Assembly (NCBI GenBank): GCA_050273025.1
Contig: CP158635.1
Span: 11,222,001 to 11,286,000 of the forward strand
Length of the DNA stretch: 64,000 nucleotides
Direction: 5' to 3'
Origin: Cenococcum geophilum
Lineage: Eukaryota
Shown here: positions 1 through 12,549 of the stretch, one piece after another
Position numbering within the stretch: position 1 is the first letter of the stretch
Layout of the letters: every line of letters starts with the position of its first letter
Position numbers and translations under genes: made by a program
Notes under the pieces: model-generated
Databases searched by the model: none
Seen by the model: the letters and a program-made list of their open reading frames with translations, nothing else
Told to the model about the DNA's origin: nothing

Positions 1-283
1 CCTTATTAGGTGGAATATTTAAAAAAGGTAATATAGAATAACTTACCTAAGTATAACTAGGCTAAATATTTTATAGAATTATCTCTTAAAGGGAAGTAAG
101 ATACTCTCTCCTTTTTTATCCTCTTTTTAAGTATATTACTTATATTTACCCTAGAAGCTATAATTATATAATACTAAGAAGCATTTAGTTTTTTAGAAAG
201 TATAGTATAGAAATTAATATTATTAAGTAAAATTTATAAATTAAAATAAAGGGGTTAAGAAAATGCCACTATTACTACCGCTA

Positions 284-475
284 TGTCATAGGACGGGGCA
301 GTGGCTACAAGACGTATGTATTCGAGGAGTCTACAAGACGTTACGCGATCGATCGTAAGGGTCGAGGGCGTAAGGAGGTGATATACCTACGCGTAGCTGA
401 CATAAGCTATACGTAAGGTATACGCGAGAGCACGGGGCTCTCCTATAGAGGCCCCTACGGTGGGGTTCCGTAACA
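284..475 (-). repeat. 3' LTR of element A
   Basis: Near-identical to 6436-6627; the differences seen are C>T/G>A transitions. Confidence 0.95.
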
Positions 476-809
476 CTACCCCCCCTCCTATAGAGGCGGA
501 GCTCCGGCGACGCTGTGGTTACTATATATATATAGAAGGGATACTTAGGGTATAGAAAAGAAGAAAGGGGGGTATTACTAAAGGCTTAAAACAACGTTAT
601 GTGATAAGGCTTGGCATCTAAAAATCCGACTAATTAGACAACTTTAACCGCCGGTTGAAGTTCCTAGATATCTTAACGATATTCCGGTTACGTAATCGCA
701 CTTTACCGCAATCTAACGGCAATCTAATGGTAATTTGCCCTTACGTGGCAATGTATAACGGTTTAACTCTATAAGGGCTCCTATAGAGGATTAGGTATAA
801 AATCTCTGC

Positions 810-3800
810 TTAGGCCTAGTTTCTATGGGTTCGTGTAGTAAAAGTCGCTAATTAGATCCTTTGCATTTTTAAAGTCTTCCTATAGTTGCCATTCTGGCTA
901 ATCTATATTAAATCCTATATATATAGCTCTATAGTAGAGCCGTCGTCCTCTACCTTTGCTAAAGTATTTAGAGTTAATAATTCGTTCAACAGTCCACTCC
1001 TTGTGGTTCTCGTCTTCGTTCTCGTCTTGGATTAGTACTGGTAGGGGTTTAAGCTATATCTGCCCCGGTAAGGGGTTAGGCTAGTAAAGGTGTAGTAGCT
1101 ATAGGTGAAATATAGGCTATATCCCGCGGGTGGCTAGGGCAGGCGGGAGCTCTAGCTCGTATACGGCTCCCCTATTAATAACTCGTTTAATTAGGTAGGG
1201 GCCGAGGTTCTTATAATTAAGTGACTTTATAGGCCTCTGCGTAGAGATATTGCGTATATTTAGCTATACCTAGTTACCAATACGCATCTCCGGTGGTGGC
1301 GTTCTATAATAGTTAGCAAAGTAGGCCTGCTTTGCTTAAGCCCAGGCCATTTCTCCCTTGTAGTAGTTAAGTAGATTTTTTATACGGTCTATATACTGGT
1401 TAGTAAGTAGCATCTTAAGGCGTTTTCCATATGGCAGTTTCTTATTAATAGGTTCTAGTGGTTCTATGCCGGATTGGGGGTAATATCCCTTGTTTGCGAA
1501 GAACGGGGTAAGTCCTATAGTAGTTAAGATATAGTTATTTGCTGCGAATTCACCTAGTAGGAGGTAATCCACCCAGTTATCTTAACTATAGGCGACTACC
1601 TATCATAGGTACGCTTTTATGCTAGTATTAGCGTTTTCCAGTTGCCCAGTAGTTTTGTGGTAGAAGGATGTAGACATCTTAACAGAGATGCTAAGGCGTT
1701 AGCAGATTTGTCTCTATATATTAGAGCCAAACTATATACCTTAGTCGGACGTAATTAAGTTAGGTAACCCATATAATCGGTAGATTTTATAGAGGAAGGC
1801 GTTAGTGACGTCGCTAACGGCTACGCCTTTAGTTAGGACGTAGTGGCGCTCTTTTATAAGTCGGCATATTATTATAAGGATGTTCTTATAGGTATAGCTA
1901 TGTCGCTTATAGGGTGGTAGGTTAATAACGAAATCTATAGCGATATCTGCCCATCGTCGTATAGGTACTGGTAGAGGGTATAGTAGTCCTTAGTACTTTG
2001 TATTAAAGGCCTTAGCGCGCTTATAACCGTGGCAGGCGCCTATAAAGCGTTTAACTAAGTCTATTATTTTAGGCCAGAAGTAGTATCGGCTAAGAAGCTT
2101 ATAGGTTCCTCCTTTACCTAGGTGGCCGCTTAATCGGAGGTCGTGGGCCATTTAAATTAGTTACTGTTGTAGATTTTCTAAGTTAGGGATAAATAGACGG
2201 CCTCTATAATAGAGCCTATTCTCTTTTACTTCTAAGGCTGCTATATTAATTTAGCCTAAGCTTTAGAGTTTAGTTAGTAGCGTACAGGCGCTAGCAGTCT
2301 TTATAGTAATAAGTTAATGCAGTAATAGGTTAATAGAGGTGTTATATGCCGTAGTAATAAGCTCGTTAATTTTAGGAGGTAATTTTAGTTCTATAGTATG
2401 GAGCTAAGGTACAGTTAGCTCTATTGTAGGTAGTATACCTAGGGCTAAATTCCGTGCTTTTAGGATCGTCTATTGTTGGAACTAGTTATAGGGGTTATCT
2501 TTAGACTAAGGAAGGTCTTATAAGCGGCGTATTAGGCTATTAGGCTTAGTACCTTATACTCCTAGCCTATATACAATTTTAAAGTTAAAACTAAAGAGGA
2601 ACTTATTCCAGCGTGCTTGGCGTTAGTTTAACTGTTTTATAGTTATAAAGTACTTAAGATTGCGATAATCCGTAAGGACTTTAGTTGGCTAGTTAGGTTC
2701 TGCTAAGGAGAGTTCTAGTTAGAATTCCTTAAACGCTTATACAATCGCGAGAAGTTCCTTATTATAGATCTTGTAGTTATATTCTTATAGTATAAGCTTA
2801 GATGAATAGAATGCGACTAGGTAGAGGAGACCGTTATCGCCTATCTAGAAGAGGACGCCTGCGTTAACATGGTTTAAGGAGTTAGTCTTAAGATAGAGTT
2901 GTTATCCTGGTATAAAGTAAGCTAGAATAGGTGCTTTAGTAAAAGTATCTTTAAGGTCTTGGAACGCCTTCTCGCATTTAGGCGTCTAAATAAAACGTGA
3001 ATATATTTTTCTTCCTTTCGCGGAAAGGCCCTTTATTCGCATTATTGCTATAAGTGGTACTATAACACCCGAGAAGTTATATATAAATTTTCAATAAAAG
3101 TTAGCGAAACTAAGAAAAGCTTATACGTCTTTAATGCAGTTAGGGGTTTACCATTCGGTAATTATGCGTACCTTCTTAGGGTCTATATAGACACCCTTAG
3201 TAATAATAATTAGTTTAAGGTATTTTACTTCTATAACTAAGAATTCGTACTTCTTTAAATTAATGTAAAGTCCTACGTCCCTAAGGCGCTGTAGGACCTT
3301 TTAAACGTGCTCGGTATACTTAAAAGGGTTATTACTATAAATAAGTATATTATCTAGGTACGCAGAGCAGAAGTCGTTAAGATAGTCCCATAAGGCGTTA
3401 TTAATATAGCTTTAGAAGCTGCCTGGGCCGTTACATACGCTAAAGGGCATAACGGTATATTTAAATTGGCTAAAGCGCAATACGAATGCGGTTTTCCATT
3501 CGTTACCTTCTTATATTCAGAGGCGGTTAAAGGCGGCAATAATATTAAGCTTAGTATAGATTTTGGCTTAGCTAAGCCGCTTAAAAGTCTTACGTATAAG
3601 CGGTACAGGGTATTAGTTCTTAATTATAATAGCGTTAAGTCCTCTATAGTTAACGCAGAATTAAATACCTCCTTCTAGCTTCTTAGTAAGGAGGATAGGG
3701 GCGGCTGCTAGGGACATGCTAGGGCGAATAAACCCTTTATTAAGGTGTTCGTCAATATACTTTTTAACAACTAGAAGTTTATCTTTTAATATTAGGTAGG

Positions 3801-6180
3801 GTCTCTTATAGGGTGGCGTTTTTCCTTATTTAATATTAATGGCATGGTTATTAGGTTAATATAGGGGGAGTATATCTACGCTCTTTTATAAGCACACGTT
3901 AATAAAGTTATAGTACCTCTTAGGGAGGAGCTTACGGAGTTCCTCATTAGTAAGTCCTTTTTTAAGCTTTATAAACTTCTTAAAGTCTAAAGGTAAAAGT
4001 CCATAGAGTTCTACGGGGGCATCATTTTCTAAGAGGTCGACTATATCTATCCTATTACTATAGAGGACGTGGTCCTGTTCTTTATTAAGCTTATATAGTT
4101 ATAATTAGGAGGCTACAGTAACAGTCCAGCCTTTCCTATATGCTATACGGTAGAAGGCCGCGGTACTTATATAATAGTAGTTAGTCGTAAATAGGGTAAT
4201 AAGGGGTTCCTTAGGTTAATATCCTGGGGAGTAAATAGAGGCGGCTAGGCTATATCCTAGGCAGGTCTCTCTACAGTATTTAGAGTTAAAGGTTACTTCT
4301 CTCTTTTTCTAGTTAATGGCGGGGTTGTGTTATTCAAGCTAGTTTATTTTAAGGATAATAGAGTAGTTAGCAAGTAGTATAATATAGGCCCAGAGTTCTT
4401 CCTAGTGCCTATTTATGTCTAGGTGGAGTTATGCTATATAGGTAATCTTTTATACGGTATAACTACCGTCAGCGAGTTATAGGGCGCGGGCTTTAGTAAG
4501 GGGTAAGGTAGGTAGGTTATAAATACGCACGAATTAGGTATCTATAAATTTATTAGTAGCTCCGCAATTAATTATAGAACGGCTTTTATATTGTTTTTTA
4601 GCAGTAGTTCCTATTACGGGTAAAACTATCTATTTCCGTCCATTTATCTTTACTAAGTTATCTATTAAGCAGGCTGATATATAAATCCCCTTATCGTCAG
4701 GGCGTCCTAACCTGCGACTTAGGGCTAGGACTTAGCGTTTTCCGTTTCCGTATCCAACTCTACCGCTATTACTACGTCTTTATCTTATACGGTAGTAGCA
4801 CGTAGCAACGTATTTAGTGTTTAAGGTACTAGGTTAGGTGTTAGGCGGCAGCTGCTAAACCTAGCTATTAGGTAGTTTAGGCTATAGCTATAACAGCCTT
4901 CTTAACAACATCTATAGCAACGCTTTAGCTTCCGGAGTAGCTCGCGTTCTCCATCTAGTAGCTTCTGCGGGAAGGTTAATATAAAAAGGTCGATATTAGG
5001 ACTAGTAGTATTACTTAGGGTAGTAGGCGTTGGTGGTTTAGTAGGTCCGGAGGGCTTCTATAGGGAGGTCTTTAGGCAGGGGTTTGCAGTAGCGATCTGA
5101 TTTAGTCGTTGTTTAATCTTCTATATAGCTGCTACCATATTATAAACATTATTGTAGTTATGGCTGGCGGCTGCGTAACTAAGGCAATAAGTGACTTTTT
5201 TAAGGAGATCTTTTTAGCCTTTAGTATCGTCTCAGGCAAGGGCTCCAGTATATTCCTGGAATTTAATATAGAACTCATCAAATAATTTAGTAAGGCTTAT
5301 CTTTAGGGCACGTAGTTTAGCTCGGTTAGTGGCTAGTAGGTTATAGTCGTGGTATATTAGGTTAAGATCGTTAAGGACTTCTTAGTAGGACTGCCACTTC
5401 TAGGGGTTATTGGTCTCCCATTAGGCGAAGAGTCTGTTAAATAGTATACCCTTTATTTGCCTAATAATATAGCCAATCTTAGTATCTTCCGTAGGAAAAA
5501 GGTAGGCGCTCTAAGTTAGTTTCTCGCGGATTTACATCTTCTAGTGGCTATATTCTTTGCGGTCTCCCTAAAAAACTAGGGGATTAGGATAACATACATT
5601 AGACCCTATAGTGGCAGCTTAGGTTCGGTTGTTATAGCTTTCATCGTTACTTTAGTAGGGGTTCCCATTAGGTAAGGCTGCTCAGCACTAACCCTCTATT
5701 AAGCGTTAAGTAGGTAAAGTTGCCAGGGGTGTAGAGACTTAAGTGGCGTTATATGCAGTAGAGAGGTGTCTGGCGTTATTACAAATGTGCTTATTAAGCT
5801 AAAATTATAGGTATTTAATTATGCCTTCTCTTTTAGTAACTGTAGCAATAAGTGTGATCTTAGCCTTCTTTAACTATTAGACGTCGCGTTTAGACACGCG
5901 GAGGTCGTCTTTAGTTTTTTAACGCGTGTTATCGGCGAGCGCCTCACGAGCTTATAGGTCTTAGATAATATCGCAATCTTAGGCAGTACGCATCTTGGCT
6001 TATATAAGCTTTAGGTAGTAGTTCTATAGAAGGCGGTAGTATTTATTAGGTTCTTATGCTACCATTTTTACAAACGTCTTAGCGTCTCATATTTTAATTT
6101 TAATAGGTAATAGCCCTTCCGCTTACTTGTCCGTAGTTATATAGTTAATAAAAGATAAGATATTATTAGTGTCCATCTCC
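810..6180 (-). pseudogene. gag-pol of element A (protease, RT, RNase H, integrase, chromodomain), disrupted by RIP stops
   Basis: Minus-strand YLDNILI (RIPed YLDD) at about 3341-3360. Integrase fragment in ORF 1336-1572 (TPFFANKGY). DENHKEWTVERI chromodomain start near 1000. GGAAAAC slippery site (4737-4743) plus hairpin at the gag/pol junction. Ends approximate. Confidence 0.9.
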
Positions 6181-6435
6181 TTAGGGGTTAAGGCTAGGGC
6201 TAATAAATCAAATTCTCCTAGGATTGATTGGCGTCATAGGTTAAGTATAGGTATTGGATTATTCTTTAGGTTTAATATAGTGGCTAGTAAGGAATATTGT
6301 CTTACTATTATAGGTTCCTTAGAAGTATAAAGTGAGGTAACTTATAGGCACGCTACTTCTAGCAGCGCCTATAGTATTACAAAGACGTAGAATTAGTTAT
6401 AGGCTGGGTGTTAGTGGTAAAAAGGCGCAACATAA

Positions 6436-6627
6436 TATCATGGGACGGGGCAGTGGCTACAAGACGTATGTATTTGAGGAGTCTATAAGACGTTACGCGA
6501 TCGATCGTAAGGGTCGAGGGCGTAAGGAGGTGATATACCTACGCGTAGCTGACATAAGCTGTACGCGAGGTGTACGCGAGAGCACGGGGCTCTCCTATGG
6601 AGGCCCCTGCGGTGGGGTTCCGTGACA
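6436..6627 (-). repeat. 5' LTR of element A
   Basis: Direct repeat of 284-475, followed on the plus strand by TSD CGCTA. Confidence 0.95.
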
Positions 6628-6636
6628 CGCTATTAT

Positions 6637-7006
6637 TATCACGGGACACCCCCGTAACACCTTACACACGTCCACCTGTTTCCACCAACTTAGCAATTAG
6701 AGACCAACCGCGAAATGGCAATCTAATGGCAATCTAATGGCAATCTAACGGCAATCTACGGCATTCTGCTATATTCTGCCAAGTTCCACCAAATTCTACT
6801 AAGTTCTGCCAGGACCACGACCTAAACCCTATTCTGCCTATGCATGTATTAACTAAGCAACCAAGTCAATAATATATACCCTTTCTTCCCGTTTTCCTAC
6901 CTTCTTTCCTTACACAATATCTTAACTTTATTACGCAGTTTATATATATAGCTTAATAATACCTACTTCGCTATATATTATTACCGCTTATACTTACTCC
7001 ATAACA
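6637..7006 (+). repeat. 5' LTR of element B
   Basis: Direct repeat of 12180-12549; contains an 11-bp GGCAATCTAAY tandem array. Confidence 0.95.
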
Positions 7007-7029
7007 CTACATTATATTAAAAACTTATA

Positions 7030-10000
7030 CTACCCTCCAAAAATGTAGAACGACCCTAAAGCCCCTATAACGGCCAACGCTATTATAGCCGTACTCTAAG
7101 AACAATTAGTAGGTATATAGAAGTCCTTTATAGACGCCCTTATATAGCACTAAGCCACTTTAACTTAATAGTAAGCTGAATAAGAAGCATGACAATAATA
7201 ATTAATTAAAGCACTTTAAGAAGAAGTCCGCATCCTTAAGATGCTTATATTAAGGCCCTAAGACTAAATGCTATCTCTGGAGATAAACACGCGGAATACA
7301 AGCCCCGAATTAGTAGTAGTTACTTACCCTATAAAGCCAACTACCGCACCAAAACAATTTAAGAAACTACTAGACCCCCTAGTATTTACCGGTAAATAAC
7401 AAGAGCTTTAGTTATTCTTAAGCTAGCTTAAGAATAAGCTAACTAGTAATACTAACTACTACCTAACCAAAGCTAACTAACTCTATTACGCCCTAAGTTA
7501 ACTAGAAGGAGACATAGCTAACCTTATTAAACCTCTCTAACCAAACTTAGTATAAAGCCTAGTTATACTTCTTAAAGCTATATACAGTAACCCAAACCAC
7601 TAAGCTACCGCTTAAAAAAAGATAAACCAAATAACTTAAGAAAAGAAAAGTTTCCTAGTATACTTCTCCAAATTTAACCGCTACGCAAAGGAAATAGGCT
7701 AGAATAACTCCATACTAATTAACAGCCTTATTAAATCCCTAAGCCCTAAACTAAAAACCTCCCTAATAGGCATAGACCTCTTAGAAACTCTTAACGCCTA
7801 TATAAACGTTATTAATAAACGGTATAACAATATACTACGCCTCATACTAAAGCCCGTTTATTGGTACAATATAACAACCCCATAAATACTTACTAAGTCA
7901 TTATCTTAACCTAAGCACCCTAACGCTATAGATATTAACACTAGGACCCTAGGATACGCCCTATTAGGGTCCTCTAAACGAGAATAATGCATTAAGCTAG
8001 GCCTCTACTTTAAATATAGAAGCAGCTCCCACCTTTTAAACTACTACTCCGTCCCTATACCCTAAAACAATTTACAAACAGCTAGCACTGGCAGCCGTTT
8101 ACTATATTAATCTTCCGGTTACCGTCCCTAATCTTTATCTAGTTCTAGCCCTACGTTTAATAAGCACTACTTATAAGGACAAAGCTCCAACTAACGTCCT
8201 ATAAGAACCCCGCCCTAATTGCCTCTAAAAGGAAGGTCCTAGAGCTAAGTTGCTCTCCGGGACGGCTCTACTACAGGATCTCGTTAAACGCATTTAACGT
8301 TATAAACTCCGACTCTTAGGACCGTAGCATAACTATTAACTGCCGCCTTTAGCAGAATAGTTAAAAGGCTAACGCTTAAATCCTAATTAATACAGGAGCT
8401 AGCGGTATAGGATTTATTAACAGGATCTTTACGCAAGATAATAGTTTTACCTTAACCCCCCTTAACCGGCATATTAATGTATTTAGATTTAATAGCAAAC
8501 GCACCATCTTAGGCCATATTACCTACGTGGTAGCCCTAAGACTCTAATACCTAAACCACAAAGAACTAATTAAGCTTTTTGTTACTACCCTAGGTCACCT
8601 AGTAATCCTTAAATAACCCTAGATAAAGCTATATAAGGTAACCATTAATTAGAACAACCTTAAGCTTCTATTTACTACCTCCTATTATAAGCAGAAGTGT
8701 TACATAACGTACTACCTTAACCCCAAACTAAAATCTAGGAAATCCGCTAAGATCCACTAGCCTAAGATTTCCACTAATATCCACTCTGCGCCTAAGGAAT
8801 CCACCAAATTCCACTAACCTGGGAATTCTACTAAACTCCATAAATTAGCCCTAAGCACTATACCGCCCTAAGCTAAGCAAAAGCTTAAGCTCTATACACA
8901 AAAATACTAAAAAAACTAGTATTCCACTATAAAAAGGATTCTTAAAGAACCCAAACCTAAATCTAATACTAACTTTATACCTAATACCAAACCTAAACCT
9001 AAATAAGAAACTATAGACAATCTAAGCAAGCTTAGCACCCTAGATATCCGTATAATTAAAGCTACCCCGCTAGCGCAACTTACTAAGAAACCTAAATATA
9101 TAATCTTCGCTATTATAATAGCCGATATTAAGAAGGCCTTAGTACTAAAGAAGCACACTAACCCTACTATAAAGGTACTAATAGAGTATTATTATCGCCT
9201 AGATACATTCTTATAAAAGGAAGCCGATAAGCTACTAGAACACTAACTATACAACCATAAAATTATACTTAAAGAAGGAAAGCAGCCCGGATTTAGACCC
9301 TTATATGGGATATCCCAAAATAAACTCTAAGTGCTACGAAAGTATTTAAATAAAAACCTAAGTAGAGAATTTATTAGAGTAAGCTCGTCGCCTATAGCCG
9401 CACTAGTGATCTTTATTAAGAAACCCAGCGGCGGTCTACGCTTCTATATAGACTACTAAGCTCTTAACACCGTTACCGTTAAGAACTAATATCCAATCCT
9501 ATTAATACAAGAGACGCTAAACTAACTAAGTAAGGCTCGTTACTACACAAAGCTTAATATCATCTCTATATTTAACCGTCTCCGCATTACAAAAGGGGAC
9601 AAATAGCTTACTATATTTCGTACCCGATATAGACTATTTAAGTACTTAGTAACACCCTTTAGCCTTATAAATACCCTAAGCTCGTTTCAACATTATATAA
9701 ATAACACCCTACGCCCCTACCTAGACATCTTCTATACTGCTTATATTAACAACATCCTAATATATAGTAATAACCTAACCAAATATCGGAAATACGTTAA
9801 CCTTATCCTATAAGCCCTACACGGAGCTGGTCTATAATTAGATATAGATAAATGCGAGTTCCATAAAACGGAAGTCCTATACCTTAAACTCCTTATTTCT
9901 ATAAATGGTATATAAATAGACCTAAAGAAAGTCAAAGCAATTGTAAACTAGTAAGAACCCAAGAACGTTAAGGACATAAGAGCCTTTATAGGATTTGCTA

Positions 10001-12168
10001 ATTTCTACTAATAGTTTATTAATAACTTCTCCGCCCTAGTTTTACCCCTTATAGCTTTAACCTAAAAGGATAAAGTCTTTATCTTTAACAAGGAATATAA
10101 AAAGGCCTTTACCTATCTAAAGGTTATATTTACTACTATACCTATACTCTAACACTTTAACCTAAACCGAATAAGTGTTATAGAAGCCAACTTATCTAAC
10201 TACGTCACTAAAGGCATCCTATCTTAATATAACAAGGATAAAGTATTACACCCTATAGCATACTTCTTAAAATAACTAAGCCTAGCCGAATATAACTACA
10301 AGATCTACAATAAGGAATTATTAGCTATTATTAGGTGTTTTAAACAATAGCGACCCAAACTAAAAGGCGCTAAATTTCTGATTAAGGTCCTTAGCAACTA
10401 TAAAAACCTACAGTACTTTACAACTATAAAACAGCTAAGTTATTGTTAGGCCCGCTGGTTAGAATATCTATCTTATTTCCGATTCTTAATTATATACCAC
10501 CTAGGCGTCTAAGGTTAAAAGCCTAATGCCCTAACCTAATACTTGTAAGACGCGCTAGCCCTAAAAGAAGCGCGCTCTTACTAAAATTAGACCCTACTTC
10601 GCCCTAAACTATTTAACCCTCCCACTAAAGACCTTATGGTATACGTCCTTAAAATAACTAATTAATCAATTAAACAGATTATAGTTAATAAATACCCAAA
10701 TAATAAGTTTATCTAAGAGACGCTTAAGCTAATATAAGATAGCATTAGACGCTCTAAAAAGATTTTTCTAAGTAAATACGAAGCCCGTAAAAACCGCTTA
10801 TATTACTAAAACCGTCTAGTTATCCCTAATTATAATAAGCTTAAGCTTAAACTCCTTAAATACGTATATAATCTACCTATCACCGGCCACCCGGGCTAAG
10901 AAAAGACCCTAGAACTACTTTAATGGGAGTATTATTGGCCGAATATACATAATATAATATGAAGGTACGTCTCTAGCTACCACACCTACTAATAAGCTAA
11001 AGCCTCGCATAAGACATATAACGGTCTTTTAAAGCCGCTACCTATTCCAAACCAAAGATGGAAGGATATCTTAATTAACTTTATTATTAACCTTCCTAAT
11101 AGTAGAGGCTGTATAAACATTATAGTAGTTATAAACCGACTATCTAAAATAAGACACTTAATCGCCTACCCTAATATATTAACGCCTACCGTCGCCTAAC
11201 TATTTCTAGATTACGTATAGAAACTCTATGGACTCCCTAAAATAATTATCTCTAATAAAGGCAGCCAGTTTGTCTTGGTATTCTAGAAAAAACTAACTAC
11301 TTAACTCTATATTAAAGCACTGTTATCTACTATATATTATCTAAAAACGGATAGCTAAACGGAACGCGTAAATACTATAATAGAATAGTATATTTAGATA
11401 TATACGTCGTATTTATAGGATAACTAGATTAACTGGCTCGTATTCGCCAAGTTTACTATAAATAATTCCATCTCGGAAACCACAAAAGTCTCCCTATTCC
11501 TAGCCAATTACGGCTAGCACCTATAAATGGGTTTTAAACCCTTTAGTAATGTTCCTTACCCTACTTATTACGCCTTATAAGTCGCAGAAGTAAATAAATT
11601 TATAGAGAAGATAGAGGAACTACAATAGTTCCTTACTAATAAGATAATATGGGCTTAATCTATCTATAAAGCCGCAGTAAATAAGAAATAAACCCTAGCA
11701 CCGGTCTACTAAATTAGTAATTTCGTTTAGCTAGATATAAGAAATCTAAACACAAAACGACCTACTAAGAAACTTAATTAGAAGAACGCTAGCCCTTATA
11801 AGGTTAAAAAGGTTATCTCTCCTTATACCTACTAACTAAAGCTCCCTAATACGGTTAAAATCCACCCCATATTCCATACGTCAGTCCTCCGCCCTACTAC
11901 CCCCATATTAGACGCCCTGCCTAGACAGATATAAGACCCTCCCCCACTAGTTAAAGTAGATAGTAAGAACGAGTACTTTATTAAAAGAATTAATAATATT
12001 AAGTACGACAAACGGAAACGCTAATATATATATCTTATAAAATGGAGAGGCTTTACTAAGTCCTTATAGGAACCTATTAACTCTATAGGACTTATATAAG
12101 CCGTAAAAGACTTTCATAAACTCCACCCAGAACTACCATAGCCCCATCTCGCAGAAGCTCGAGTTTAA
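7030..12168 (+). pseudogene. gag-pol of element B
   Basis: Zn-knuckle remnant near 8000. Protease LI(N/D)TGAS at about 8383. RT YI(N/D)(N/D)IL at 9741. RNase H near 10185. Integrase GHPG near 10885 and GPY/F-like motif near 11791. Chromodomain EYFIKRI...YLIKWRG at about 11971-12050. Confidence 0.92.
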
Positions 12169-12179
12169 AGGGGGGGTAC

Positions 12180-12549
12180 TATCACGGGACACCCCTGTAA
12201 TACCTTGCATATATCTACTTATTTCTACCAACTTAGCAATTAGAGACTAACCGTAAAATAGCAATCTAACGGCAATCTAATGGCAATCTAACGGCAATCT
12301 ACGGCATTCTACCATATTCTGCTAAGTTCTACCAAATTCTACTAAGTTCTACCAGGACCATAACCTAAACCCTATTCTGCCTATACACGTGTTAACTAAG
12401 CAACTAAGTCAACAATATATACCCTTTCTTCCCGTTTTCCTACCTTCTTTCCTTACGCAACGTCTTAACTTCATCACGCAGTTCATATACATAGCTTAAT
12501 AATACCTACTTCGCTATATATTATCACCGCTTATGCTCACTCCGTGACA
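12180..12549 (+). repeat. 3' LTR of element B
   Basis: Direct repeat of 6637-7006; ends TGACA. Confidence 0.95.

Larger units (their letters stand above)
284..6627 (-). mobile_element. Full-length Ty3/Gypsy chromovirus LTR retrotransposon A, RIP-inactivated
   Basis: 192-bp LTRs at 284-475 and 6436-6627 (TGTCA...TGACA consensus). 5-bp TSD CGCTA at 279-283 and 6628-6632. Polypurine tract on the minus strand next to the 3' LTR (476-488). Internal RT, RNase H, integrase and chromodomain remnants. Confidence 0.96.
6637..12549 (+). mobile_element. Full-length Ty3/Gypsy chromovirus LTR retrotransposon B, RIP-inactivated, different family from A
   Basis: 370-bp LTRs at 6637-7006 and 12180-12549. 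TSD ATTAT at 6632-6636 and 12550-12554. Polypurine tract (AAAG followed by a G run) just before 12180. Confidence 0.96.

Noticed and set aside
6440..6625. 61-aa ORF in the track
   Set aside because: It lies wholly inside the LTR and is broken in the other LTR copy.
3354..9935. Short track ORFs at 3354, 3466, 8916 and 9741
   Set aside because: Off-frame or antisense fragments of the retrotransposon pol genes.
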